A stretch of 62,424 nt of DNA, the filler included, from Stramenopiles sp. TOSAG23-3 (Eukaryota): assembly GCA_900128585.1 (NCBI GenBank). It is 7 parts of 7 records of this genome, joined end to end, with 100 filler letters (N's around TTAATTAATTAA, not from the genome) between each part and the next. Parts side by side here need not be neighbours in the genome. Positions count along the whole stretch, not along the records: positions 40,595 to 50,630 come from LT642854.1; positions 50,731 to 60,753 come from LT642855.1; 5 more parts are not named here. The stretch is one strand, 5' to 3'. Every line of letters begins with the position of its first letter. Positions within the stretch are counted from its first letter, which is position 1. This document shows positions 45,236 to 56,197 of the stretch, piece after piece. A model generated the notes under the pieces. That model saw nothing but the letters and a program-made list of their open reading frames with translations, ran no database searches and was not told the origin of the DNA. Position numbers and translations under genes: made by a program.

Positions 45236-48200
45236 ATGACGACGACAACGGAAGGTGGGGAAGACGAGGTGCAGAGCACTGGGCCGCGCCCCTTTATGGA
45301 GTGTTTTTACGCACTTGCTGACGTCGACATTGCGACGAGGCACTCGGCCACCGAGGATTTGATCAAACATTTGCGTGGGGAGATTTCCATCTCCGAGGCC
45401 CGAAAGCCGGACATAAACTACGCAATAAAGCGCCTAGTTCGGGGGCTCTGCTCGTCGCGCGGCGCGGCACGCCAAGGCTTTTCCTTGGCTCTGAGCGAGA
45501 TCCTGCAGTCCTTTGACGACTCGGAAGTAGCGACGTCTAGCGTCATCGAACAGCTCGATTCTGTTCGAACGCGCCCCCAAAATGTAGGGAAGAGCGCAAA
45601 GTCGGGGCAGGACGAGCGAGACCTTATGTTTGCAGGGATTTTTGGCTGCCTGGCCATTCAACAGTCGGGGCGCCTGAAGAGCAAGTCCGCCGCGAAGGCG
45701 ACCACAAAGCTCGTCCAGGTTCTCCTTAGCGTGGCAAAGAAGAAGCGGTGGGCCAAGCAGTCCTGCTACGAAGTTGTGCTCACCATATTGCAGGAACTTT
45801 CGCTGGAACGGGGAGAAGAAGAGGTCCTACCGCACCTGAAGGCCCTTTTCCTCGTCAGGCGCAACCACAGCGCGAACGCCAACGGGGACGAGGGCGAGGA
45901 CAAGAACGCCGATGCTCCGGGCGAGGACAAGAACGTCCAAGCGCTGGAAACCTACGCAGAAAGTTTGGAAGACTTCGACACTGAGCAGCTTCAGCTGGGC
46001 CTCGGGCTTCAGGTGTGGCTGATGGCCAGTACCAAAGGCGACAAGGCGGCCATGAAGCGCGTCGGCGCCGGGGCAGGACTCCCCAAGGCCGTGTACTCCA
46101 CCAAGTCGATGGTGCGCAGTGGGCACGTCAAGCACGTCGTGAACGCGCTCCAAGAATCGGCGCGGTTCTCTCCCGGGGTCCACGCCGTTTGGGGGCACGT
46201 TATCAGAGCCCTCATGGACGAAGAGAGGAAGGGAAAGTCTATGCTACGAGAGTTCTGGGTGGAAGGAATAGAGGCCCCGCTGATGCGGTCGACGCAGCAA
46301 CGGAGGGCCCTCGCATTCGAAATATTCCGACACCTCCTTCCGCAGCTGAACGTCCTGCAAGCCCCGCAACTGTGCACCCCGACGGTCCTGTACTCTCTCG
46401 CGGTGCATCTTGCGTCCGCGGACAGTCACCTCCACATGTCCGCCCGGCTTTGCATGAAAACGCTGCTCTCCGTGGCGGAAAAGAGCATGGAAATGAGGAG
46501 TGCTTTAGTAAGTGCCATCCTGGTGAGCGACCCGCACTTTGACCAAAGGTCGCAGCCAAAGAATAAAAGAAAAAGCAAGAAGGGCAAAAAGAAGGGGCAG
46601 GCCTCCGCGCAGTCGTACGAGGGGCCGACGGCACGGCTCCTCAAAGGCTTGGACGGTCCGGCATTTCAGAATTACATCGATTTCTTGAAGGCCCAGATAT
46701 TGGAGCCAACGCTAGACGCAACTGAGAAAGGGGCCTCGGAGAACGCCGACGACGGTGTCGACGCCCGGCGCGTATGGGCCATTGACGCACTGTACGCGTC
46801 CACGAAAAATGCCATCCGAAAGGGCCAGGAAAAGAAGGACGAAGCGAGCATTTCTAAAATATTGGAGTTTTTGTTTGACTGCGCGTACCTGGTGGACTCC
46901 TCCATGGTGCTATCGCTGCCTCATAAAATACGAACCGTGTGCGCGCAAAGACTGTTTAGCCTGCTCTCTGACCTGACGGTCGACGAGGACCGAACGAGCG
47001 GGAAGTGGGCCAAACTGATTCACGACCACTGGGACAAGAAGGAGAAGAGCAAGAAAGTAAAGTTTGTAAAGGGCGCTGACGAGGACACGGTGGCGGCGAA
47101 GAAAGCGATGGGACGTTTGCTGGGCGACATCCAGAAGACACTGGGAAAGAAGAAGATAGACGAGGAACTGGCTGCCCAACTGACTGCCTACCGTTCCCTA
47201 GTGCTCCATGTAGGGCTCAGCCTGCTCTCCGCGCTGTCCGAAAATCGCAGCAATGCCGACGGGGACGACGACGACGAGTCGTCTGCCGTAGACGAGATGA
47301 CGGAGCTGCAGGAGATTTATAAAAAGCTGTTCGGGGATGCAAAAAAGTCAAAAAAGAAGCCAAAGAAGAAGAAGGGCGTAGACCAAGAGAGCCTGATCCT
47401 TGTGTTGGACGACGAGGAGGAGGGAGAGGAAGGCGCGGGCGCCGAGGAACCCGACGCTACGAGCGTTTTTGTGGACGTCCTGCTCGGCATGCTCACGCAG
47501 TCAAAAACATTGCACCAGCGCCTCCTGCGCGACGTTGCGAATGCTACGTTTCGAGCATTGTGCCCGTTGCTGTCGGCCGCCGCCGTATCAAATTTGCTGA
47601 AAGCCTTGGAGCAAGAACAAAACCTGGATATGGAGGAAGAAGATGACGACGAGTTCGGTTTGATCGACCCGTCCCAGGTAAAGGACGCGAAGAGGACGCC
47701 AAGCCTTCGCCTAAACGAAGCGGGAAAGGCAGCAAACTGCCACGAGACGAGGACGAAGTCGAAGACGATTCCGACAGCGATGACCCAGAGGAACACGTAG
47801 GGGAGGATGAGTACATGGCCCTTCTCGAGTCTAGGTTTGGCATGCTGTCGAGAAAGTCGAAGAAGCGCGACGCGCTAGAAATCCAGCGCCAGGAATTGAA
47901 CTTCAAGATGAGGGTGTTGGACATGATCGAAATATACCTGAGACGAAACTCGTCTTCCATTTTTGCGCCGCAGATGCTCATGTCCTTCATGCGCGCCCTG
48001 CGAGCGTGTTACGAGTCCATAGACAAAGGTTCCAGCGACAAGAAAGAGCGCCTTTCGCGCAAGAGCTTGCTGGATCGACTGCTTCGCGTATTGAACAGTC
48101 GCCTGCTCGGGAAGAAAGACGTCCCAGAAAGACAATTCGTGGTGGCCACGTCGGACGTGCTGCACAAATGCTTTGAGGATTTAGTCAAAGAAGCCCTTAC

Positions 48201-48978
48201 CGCCCCAATTCCGAAGCACGAGGAAATTGCGAGCTTGTGCGCGATCTACGTGTTGCGAACCTTGCGGAGCACCCGAGAGAATGACGGCAACGAACTGTTT
48301 GGTGCCCTGGACATCGATCGAGTAAAAAAATCTCTTAATTTTGCTCTGGTTAATTTTTTGAGAAAAAAGAACTCGAAGTTAACCGAAAAGTTTTTCTCCA
48401 ACATATTTTTGAGGCAGCCGGACGTTGCGATGTCCACCCTTGCTGCTGGGCTCACCGCTGCCGCGGCAAGCACCCCGACCACTAGCAGCAAAAAAGCGAG
48501 TACCCCCGTCTGCCGAACCCAGTTTGACCGCGTGATGGTATTTCGCCTGATGATGCTCTTGCTTCGACACGCTGGTGTGGATCGTTCCAAAAGCGTGGTG
48601 GGCGACGTTGCAAAGGCATTCTCCTCTTTCTTGGGCGAGAAGGACACCGTCGGCATGCGCGCCAAACGGCTTCGCCCCTTGTTTGAGTTTGGGATGCAGC
48701 TGAGTAAAACAATCAAAGCGTCCGGGGCCAAAGTAGACGAGAAAGCAATGAAGCAAATTGCCGGTGGTCTGGGGCGTGTCAGGGAAGGAGCTGAAAGCAA
48801 CGCTATCAAGAGCATATGCGTGCGCGTTGAACAAGCATTCTCTGGGGAAGAGGTCGTTGTCCCCTCCCGCAAGAAGAAGGAGAAAAAGAGAAAAATCGAA
48901 CAATCGGACGATAAAGACAAGGTCGAGTCCACCACAAAGAAGTCCAAAAAGAAGAAGAGCAAGAAGAGTAAGAAGTAA
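45236..48978 (+). CDS. MYBBP1A: Pol5/MYBBP1A nucleolar rRNA-biogenesis factor, frame broken at ~47680-47695
   Basis: YAIKRLVRGLCSSRGAARQGFSLAL, ERDLMFAGIFG, VFVDVLLGML...LLRDVA in the first ORF. The acidic region, FKMRVLDMIEIY and the lysine-rich tail lie in a second frame. Confidence 0.88.
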
Positions 48979-49129
48979 AGTAGAGATACTTTTTCAATTA
49001 AAATGCGTAAGAAATAAGACAACTTCTTATATGAAGTGCGCTTCTTATATATTGTGTGTTCTTACTCGAAGTACTTCGTATTTACTCCGGAGTACATTTC
49101 TTACTCGTAGCGTATTCGCTCGCGAGTTC

Positions 49130-50110
49130 CTAACAGTAGATGTTTTCGATTCCATCCCGCTCTTCGATTAATCGCGCAATTGCTCGAAACGCCAACTCGG
49201 GCGGTGGAACGCCACCGCCGCCATCTTTGAACGTTCTCGTTTTCTTGTTGTTGTGGACGTTGGTGTTTGTTCGGTTCAGCATCGTTTTCAATTGTGCTTC
49301 CGACGGAATGTTCAATTTTGACAGGTCCCCCCCCACCGCAGACATTGCTTTCTGTTGGTAGTTGCAACTTCGGCACAGCAAGTACATCAAAAAGAACGCT
49401 TGCTCGATGGTGCTGCCGCACGTCACGGGGCCATGGTTCTCCAACATTAAAATTGGCTTTGTTGGACCAAGGTTTTTTTGCATCCTTGGTCGCTCGCCCA
49501 TGTCACTCGCAGTTCCCTCAAATGGGTGGTAAGCGATCAACGGGTATATGTCGCACGATTCTTGCGATATGGGGAGAATGCCTACTTTTGTTATTGCAAT
49601 CGCAGCGGCGTTTTCATGATGAGAGTGCCAGCAGCACATGACGTCGTGCCTGGCCTCGTGAATCGCCGAGTGGATGACATATCCTTGCCTGAACAGCCCC
49701 CCCGCACCGGTGCCCTTGTCCACAATCTCGCCGCTGATAGTCACTTTGAGCATACAAGACGCAGTTATTTCTTCGAACCGTAAACCTAGGGGATTTATCA
49801 AGAAGTGCGGCCCGTCCGCCTCTTTCTCGCTACCCGGTATTTTCACAGTTATGTGGTTGAAAATTACCTGCGTCCAACCAAAGTAGTCAGCAACACGGTA
49901 TGCGACCGCAAGCTTGCATCGAAGCTCCCACTCTACTGGAGTATACTTTGGGGGTCTATTAGACGCAACAAACGACTCGATCATGCCATCGTTCACGTGC
50001 GTGGTGTTCATTGCCCCCGCCGAGCCTGAGGAGCCTGAAAGCTGACGTTTCAACGTCTCCAAGCGACGGGTCGGGGCCCGTCCCGGCTTTACACTACCGT
50101 CACAAGACAT
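49130..50110 (-). CDS. Class II aldolase/adducin-head family protein with N-terminal PTS2
   Basis: LRCKLAVAYR...IFNHITV...FLINPLGLRFEEITAS, GYVIHSAIHEAR, metal ligands HSH and ENHG; RLETLKRQL at aa 16-24. Confidence 0.92.
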   Translation of the reverse strand: MSCDGSVKPGRAPTRRLETLKRQLSGSSGSAGAMNTTHVNDGMIESFVASNRPPKYTPVEWELRCKLAVAYRVADYFGWTQVIFNHITVKIPGSEKEADGPHFLINPLGLRFEEITASCMLKVTISGEIVDKGTGAGGLFRQGYVIHSAIHEARHDVMCCWHSHHENAAAIAITKVGILPISQESCDIYPLIAYHPFEGTASDMGERPRMQKNLGPTKPILMLENHGPVTCGSTIEQAFFLMYLLCRSCNYQQKAMSAVGGDLSKLNIPSEAQLKTMLNRTNTNVHNNKKTRTFKDGGGGVPPPELAFRAIARLIEERDGIENIYC

Positions 50111-50630
50111 GATAGAAAATCGAAGGGTGCGTTGCGTAGCGGTGAAAAATAGTATAGACGGTGCACGAAGTATTTAGCCTATAATTTGTTGAAAAACCTC
50201 AGTAATAAACTTCTGTGGTAATCTGAACGGACACTATCAATGCAAAATTGTCTTTTCATGAGCTCTTTCAATTTTGTACTAAAAAGATGATGACGCACCA
50301 TTTTTTTTTTTTTAAATATATTATTATTATTATAACAAGAAGACAGCAGCAATTTTGTTCCATCACAAATAATGCAATTAAAAAAATGAGATAAAATTCG
50401 AAATTTTTTTTTTTTTGAGAGGGGATGGACGGAGGAGGACCTTCATGGTTTTTTATTAGGGTTAGACGACTGTTTAATTTGGGGGGAAAACAAAACCAAA
50501 TTATATATTATATAATGTTTCTAAAAGTAATCAATAAATAAGCATTTTATTATTCGAAGCAACCCACAAGATGTAATTCAAAAACGAGGTGTAAGAATCA
50601 AAACATTAGTTTTTCCTGCTTGAATCCTTC

Positions 50631-50730
50631 NNNNNNNNNNNNNNNNNNNNNNNNNNNNNNNNNNNNNNNNNNNNTTAATTAATTAANNNNNNNNNNNNNN
50701 NNNNNNNNNNNNNNNNNNNNNNNNNNNNNN
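50631..50730. other. Artificial contig-joining linker
   Basis: 44 N + TTAATTAATTAA + 44 N. Confidence 0.97.
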
Positions 50731-50798
<68 letters not shown>

Positions 50799-50810
50799 TT
50801 CTTTTCTTTC
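50731..50810. repeat. (TTTC)n microsatellite at contig start
   Basis: Directly visible; likely cause of the contig break. Confidence 0.95.
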
Positions 50811-51532
50811 CTTCCTATTCTAATATTAGAGTGACTGACTATTTTCGGTTCTTTTTCTCTTTCTTGAACTTTTAACTCATCCTGTCCGTTATTCAGCTTT
50901 TCTTTTTTTTTTTTTAATAATATTTCTATCTTATTTTTTATAATAAAATAAGAATGGAGAAAAGTGCAAGTTTACATTTCATTATGTACCTATATAAATA
51001 TATATATACTAATATTATACTTATTTATATGATTGGCTCCGAAGAGCAAAAGAGTTATACCTAGGGTTCTTATAATAAATATTAAAACAAAAAAATAAAA
51101 AAACAAAAAAAAGACAGTCTCACCCTTTCTTCCTTCTTTTCTTCTTCTCTTCGGTGCTTCTTCTTCGGTGGTTTGATGGAAAAAATAATAAAAATAATAC
51201 ATAATCATATAACACACTTTATTACGGTATTTTGATAATAATAGCCGTAAGGTAATATTATTATTTAAATTATTTTTTTTTTTATAAAATAATAATAATA
51301 ATATAATTATTATAATATTATAAAATAATAATAAAATTATGATGGGTATAAAAAATAATATAAGATTTTCAATTGTTTGTTTGCATAATTAATTTATCAG
51401 AAGTAACATTTCTTTCTTTTCGAGAAGTATGAATATTACAACAGTTGCAAGAAAAGGTTGTATTCCGGGCGTGTGTATCTTCAGTTTCTGCTGCTTTGTC
51501 TACCCAACAAACCAAGGAGAGAGTGCTGGCTC

Positions 51533-52000
51533 ATGGCTACATTTTTTGTATATGGGACTCTCATGAAAGGGTTTCGGAACCACCAAAAGTTTTTGCCAGA
51601 GCACGTGTTTTCACGCGTAGTGCCGGGGATCATGCGGGGGGTTTATCTGGTTCATTTTGAACAAGGTTACCCGGGAATGTACAAGCTGTCCGATGATGGT
51701 GCGGGTCAGTCCGTGGAAGGGGAAATTGTGTATGTAAAGGAAGAGTTCGTCGAGGAAGTGACGACACAGTTGGATTTTTTGGAAGGGTACGTGAAGGGTG
51801 AGACCGACAATTTATACGAACGGGAGACGGTCACCATTGTTGAAAAACAAAGCAAAGACGAAGTGGAGTGTGAGACTTACTTTTGCTTGCTAGACGATTC
51901 TACAGGCACCAAGGTCCAGGGAAACCCTGCGTCATGGCGCGCATTCATGGAGTCAAACCAGTACGTTGACGCTGCGGAAAATTGGGCGACAAAAGAGTAA
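51533..52000 (+). CDS. Gamma-glutamylcyclotransferase (AIG2-like/GGACT family)
   Basis: FFVYGTLMKGFRNH, YPGM, VEGEI, LDFLEG, LYER. Confidence 0.92.
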   Translation: MATFFVYGTLMKGFRNHQKFLPEHVFSRVVPGIMRGVYLVHFEQGYPGMYKLSDDGAGQSVEGEIVYVKEEFVEEVTTQLDFLEGYVKGETDNLYERETVTIVEKQSKDEVECETYFCLLDDSTGTKVQGNPASWRAFMESNQYVDAAENWATKE

Positions 52001-52289
52001 TCTTCTTTTCCGACTGGCCATTGATCGTTGCATGGTTATGCTTAGATTAGAGCCCAGATTGCTGAGCTGAGAAAAGGAAAATGTTTTATTGGGGTGTGAA
52101 AGCATGTCACAGAACGGTGCATGGTCATGCGAATAATTGTCACCTCCTTCGTCGGTTGTGTTGCCAATAATAAAAAGAAACGAATTCAGTGTTTAATCCC
52201 AAATTGTTATAAAACAGTAAGACGTGCGAAGTAAATGAGTAAACGTTTTCATTTCAAAAAAAACAAATTAAGACTCATTTCAATATTAA

Positions 52290-52455
52290 AAACAAAATTA
52301 TGGTGGCTGTTATTTAATGTGTAATTAAAAGTCATCTTGCTCATGTACCGTGACAATGAAACTGCTCCTTTTGTGACGAAAAATTTGGCTGTTATTTGAG
52401 TAATTACTTAGTAAACATTTATCTTCTCTTCAATATACCCCGCAAAAGTGAAACA
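52290..52455 (+). repeat. Dispersed 3'-intergenic repeat family, two degenerate copies
   Basis: TGGCTGTTATTTAA...TAATTAAAA...ATCTTGCTCATGTACCGTGACAATGAAACTGCTCC, then TTGGCTGTTATTTGAGTAATTA...TTTATCTTC. Confidence 0.8.
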
Positions 52456-52465
52456 TATTATCAGA

Positions 52466-54019
52466 TTATTTGTTTTCTTCAAAAAACTCTGCCTCGAATT
52501 TCTTTTGTTGCCAATGAGGTAGCTCGTGCGATATAACCTGCACAATCTCGTCAGTCCCTTTCTCATCAGAATGTTTTGCAGATATGGCCACTTCCTGCAG
52601 ATCGTGGGACAAATAAACGTCGTCTTCGCTCAGGTGTGAAAATTGAGCCGCCTTTCGCTTCACCCTACTTTCAAATTTTGGGTACTCTCGCAGGCCTGGG
52701 AAAGAGGCTCTTGATCCAAAATGGTTAAGAAACACACACTTCGCGTTCACCTCCTTGGCCATCTTCCCCGCCATTTCAGGGTTGCTATGGCCCCGAAAAT
52801 AAGCAGTAGATGAATCGCCTCTTGATTCGCAATCCGTCGCCTCGTGGACCAAGACATCGCAGTCATTCGCTATTTTCTTCATTCCGTCCGACGCGTCGCA
52901 ACAGTCCCCAAACACGGCGATCTTCCGCCCGGGGTGGTCCGCCCCTACCACGTCAGCAATTAGGACACTCTCGCCGTTCGGAAACGTATACGTTTCGTCC
53001 CGCTCCATTGACTTAAAGCTAGACAGCACGTTGCGAGGGTCGCGGTGCCCAGCCTCCTTCAACAGGTCAAAATTTCGCGAGAGGATGGGCAACACTTTCT
53101 CCGCGTTCAGCCGGCCCGGCCGCCCGTGCTCTTTAACAACATACCCCACGCAGTACGTGGTGTGGCTCAAGGGCGCCGCGGACACCGTGAACGCGTCCGT
53201 GTTGAAGAGTTCGTACACGCCGTCCTCGTTGGGGTAAAAATTATTTCCCTGGCTTATCTCCCCCCGCCCGAGTGGATTACTCGTGGGCTTTTTCCCCCCG
53301 TGACGATTCGTAAATTCGGGGACGAACTCGTCCGCCATCACTCGATGGGCGGCGCTGCTGCGAATCGATTGGTTCGGGTGAAGATGGGGAATATCGTGCA
53401 GTTCATGCACAACGTACGGGCAGAACGTGGATGCCGTGTAAAACGACATGGCCCTCAGCATTGCACGGAGGCCACGCGGCCCGTATATCTCTATCGCAGC
53501 AGTTTCCTTCACCTTCTTTCCGCTTCCGCGAAGTCTCCCCTTGCCCTTTTTCTCCAGCTTCGCGTTCTTCGACACAAACACCATTGACAGCAGTCCGGGA
53601 AGGCCGAAAAAGTGGTCGCCGTGCAGGTGCGTGATAAATATCCGTTTCATATTGCTCATCGTCGTCGCGGACCGTTGAAACTGGTATTGCGTGTTTTCCC
53701 CACAATCAAACATCCACACCTCTTCGGACAGTCGAAGGGCCAGTGACGGGGCCGCCCGGCCAGGCCTTGGGCTCACAGACCCTGTCCCTAGGAACGATAA
53801 CGCCAAACTGTTGCCAAGTTTGCTGCTGTGGGTCCCGTGGACTGAACTAACTCTTTGTGTGGTGCGTCTCTTTCTCCTGTTGCTCTTTCCAGGTTTCGAC
53901 TCACTGGAGAACTTACGGCCAGGGACCGAAAAAGTGCACCGGGCACCGTTCGCCAACGATGCCCACTGCGTCGAGGGCTTGGCCGTCCTAGCCACGTTTT
54001 GCCGAAACGTTTGTAGCAT
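52466..54019 (-). CDS. Short-form ribonuclease Z (single MBL domain) with a putative mitochondrial presequence
   Basis: FLGTGS, WMFDCGE, IFITHLHGDHFFGLPGL, YGPRGL, flexible arm PGRL, GDCC, DVLVHEAT, GHS, LNHFGSR. The N-terminal ~70 aa are R/S/K-rich and nearly free of acidic residues. Confidence 0.92.
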   Translation of the reverse strand: MLQTFRQNVARTAKPSTQWASLANGARCTFSVPGRKFSSESKPGKSNRRKRRTTQRVSSVHGTHSSKLGNSLALSFLGTGSVSPRPGRAAPSLALRLSEEVWMFDCGENTQYQFQRSATTMSNMKRIFITHLHGDHFFGLPGLLSMVFVSKNAKLEKKGKGRLRGSGKKVKETAAIEIYGPRGLRAMLRAMSFYTASTFCPYVVHELHDIPHLHPNQSIRSSAAHRVMADEFVPEFTNRHGGKKPTSNPLGRGEISQGNNFYPNEDGVYELFNTDAFTVSAAPLSHTTYCVGYVVKEHGRPGRLNAEKVLPILSRNFDLLKEAGHRDPRNVLSSFKSMERDETYTFPNGESVLIADVVGADHPGRKIAVFGDCCDASDGMKKIANDCDVLVHEATDCESRGDSSTAYFRGHSNPEMAGKMAKEVNAKCVFLNHFGSRASFPGLREYPKFESRVKRKAAQFSHLSEDDVYLSHDLQEVAISAKHSDEKGTDEIVQVISHELPHWQQKKFEAEFFEENK

Positions 54020-54631
54020 GACGTGCGACCACGCAACCAGTTGTACAAAAAATGCCTCCTGGCACAACTTTCCGCTTATCAATCAAGTTATCCCTGAAAA
54101 TTACAGTCGAATATTTTAGTACACTTCGTTACGGGGTATAAAAACGCATGCATGCATGCAAATAATTAATTCTTGGAACGACCAGAAACGTTGCCAAATC
54201 ATTCAACTTTATCTATTTCGTTGTACTCTTGTTCGTTGATAATTTAATAAATAATAAAGATGATTATTTTAAATTGCATGCCAATGATGATGAATGAATG
54301 ATGATTCATTTTTTTCCACATAATAAAATATTAATTAAAATATACCACACAATTATATAGGATATTACAGATGATTAGTATACGAACTATTTAATAATTA
54401 ATTGTGGCCAGTCATAAAAATAATAATAATTTAATAGGAGATAACAAATATACACTACGAAACTAAAGGTGGTACCTAACCCCACTATTACCCCCTGTAG
54501 TACCAATATTATTTCCTTGTAATACTACAAAAATTGATAATAGATACACAATTTTATTTATTTTATTAGATTATTATGTTACAATAAATTTACTTCCTCA
54601 ACAAGTAAATGATTTCATATCGACTTGATGA

Positions 54632-56197
54632 TTAGACTGGAAATTGGTCAAAGTTATGAACCTCAATCGAAGCCGGTTGAAACGGAGGCTGCGCCACCAG
54701 TTTTTCATGAATATCTTTGACGTCTTTCACGGTCAATTCCGACTTCATAAAGTCAAACTTTTCCTCTGCCAAACGCCCTTTTCCCGTGCATGAGTCGTAC
54801 AGCTTTTCCATATCATCTATAGCTGCAAGGACGTCCGCTTCGGAAGGAACACCATTAGCAACGGTGAAGTACAAAACGACCGTAACGGTAATGTGCTCCG
54901 CTGGATTGCGAACGGGAGTTTTCTTTGTAAGCCCTTTCCATGTGTCCACTTCGCTACCACGACTTACGCGAGCGGCGTTCGCACTGCCGATCTGTTTGAC
55001 CTTTTTCTTCCAGTTCTTCCTAATAGATCGGAATTTTCCGTTCATGGCGAGGCCCCCACCACCGAAGCCTTTTTTAGGGGCAGACTTAAAGAATTGGTCA
55101 GATTGCATAGACAACTCAGATTCGAATAACTCCATGTCGTCATCTAACCCCATACATCCATCCACGTCGTCATCTAACCCCATACATTCCATCATGCAGT
55201 CATCCAAAGCCATTAAATCATAATTGACATTGGCTGAACCACATGGAAGGTAGAAACCCGATCCACTCCCTCCCCTCGTCCTCTTCTTCTTATCCTGCTT
55301 CAACGGTATTTGCACTGTCATAAGAATGTTGAAACGGGTTCCCATTGCTTTTGTCCCAATGACGCTTGCCGTCGCTTTCCCCCTCTTTATTGCATCTTGC
55401 TTTTCTTCTTTCGTTTCAATTTGAGCTCCGCCGACTTTGTGGTTTGACCTTTCCGCTTCCAGCCAGTACCTGTGAACCTTGTCATCCTTGTCGACAGCGT
55501 GGTGAAAGAGTTTTTTCGTTCCTTGGCCATCTTGCTGCAGAGCTATTCCTTGGGTAGTGCACAAGAGTACCAAGTTACGAGGGTCGCTGTCGCTCCGGGT
55601 GTTATAGTTGTACGCTTCCGTACTAAACTCAATGGCCCCCTTGCTGGTGGCCGCGCTCACGGGCAAGAATGTCGTTTGGAACCTGATGCTGCACTTTTGG
55701 TCCAGCACATCATCGCTGAGATCTTCCGTTTTCATGCCCGTGTACCCGCCGTACTGTTTTGAATTTTTCAAAAATGTTTTCAGCGTTATCGGCGACAGTT
55801 CCCCCGAATTTGTTTGGTTCCCTTGAACTAGAGCCACGTCACTAGAACTTACCACTCCCAGTTTTTCGTTCCAATTGTCGCTTCGTACGGTAAACAATCT
55901 TTCTCCCGACTTTGATTTCAAATAAGTATCGGTGATGTTCGCGCCCCATGAGCTAAGGCCGCCACCAACGGTTCCACGAGACACATCGTCCCAAGACACA
56001 GTCTTGCAAGAGTACGTCGCGTATTTCCCCCCCTTGTTGCGGCAAGCGCCATTTATACTGTTCATAATTTCGCTAACGTTTGCTTTGTCGAACAGGTCAA
56101 CCCTTGCAGTGGCGCCGTCCCCGCCATTCCCGTCGCCCGCCGTGATTCCAGTACCGTTCCATTTTTTCAGCAGAGATTGGAATTTGCTAATTTTCAT
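54632..56197 (-). CDS. Conserved-looking hypothetical protein (SWDD..R..S.WG.NITD motif)
   Basis: Uninterrupted 521-aa ORF with globular composition; internal 30-bp duplication encoding CMGLDDD twice (55131-55187). Confidence 0.75.
   Translation of the reverse strand: MKISKFQSLLKKWNGTGITAGDGNGGDGATARVDLFDKANVSEIMNSINGACRNKGGKYATYSCKTVSWDDVSRGTVGGGLSSWGANITDTYLKSKSGERLFTVRSDNWNEKLGVVSSSDVALVQGNQTNSGELSPITLKTFLKNSKQYGGYTGMKTEDLSDDVLDQKCSIRFQTTFLPVSAATSKGAIEFSTEAYNYNTRSDSDPRNLVLLCTTQGIALQQDGQGTKKLFHHAVDKDDKVHRYWLEAERSNHKVGGAQIETKEEKQDAIKRGKATASVIGTKAMGTRFNILMTVQIPLKQDKKKRTRGGSGSGFYLPCGSANVNYDLMALDDCMMECMGLDDDVDGCMGLDDDMELFESELSMQSDQFFKSAPKKGFGGGGLAMNGKFRSIRKNWKKKVKQIGSANAARVSRGSEVDTWKGLTKKTPVRNPAEHITVTVVLYFTVANGVPSEADVLAAIDDMEKLYDSCTGKGRLAEEKFDFMKSELTVKDVKDIHEKLVAQPPFQPASIEVHNFDQFPV

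Noticed and set aside
45418-49022. Many antisense and overlapping ORFs inside GC-rich genes (also in EDC4, the MFS genes, RNase Z and others)
   Set aside because: Expected shadows of GC-rich coding sequence; no recognisable motifs.
49130-54019. Metabolic cluster of aldolase, gamma-glutamylcyclotransferase and RNase Z
   Set aside because: An artificial linker separates the aldolase from the other two, so the adjacency is not real.
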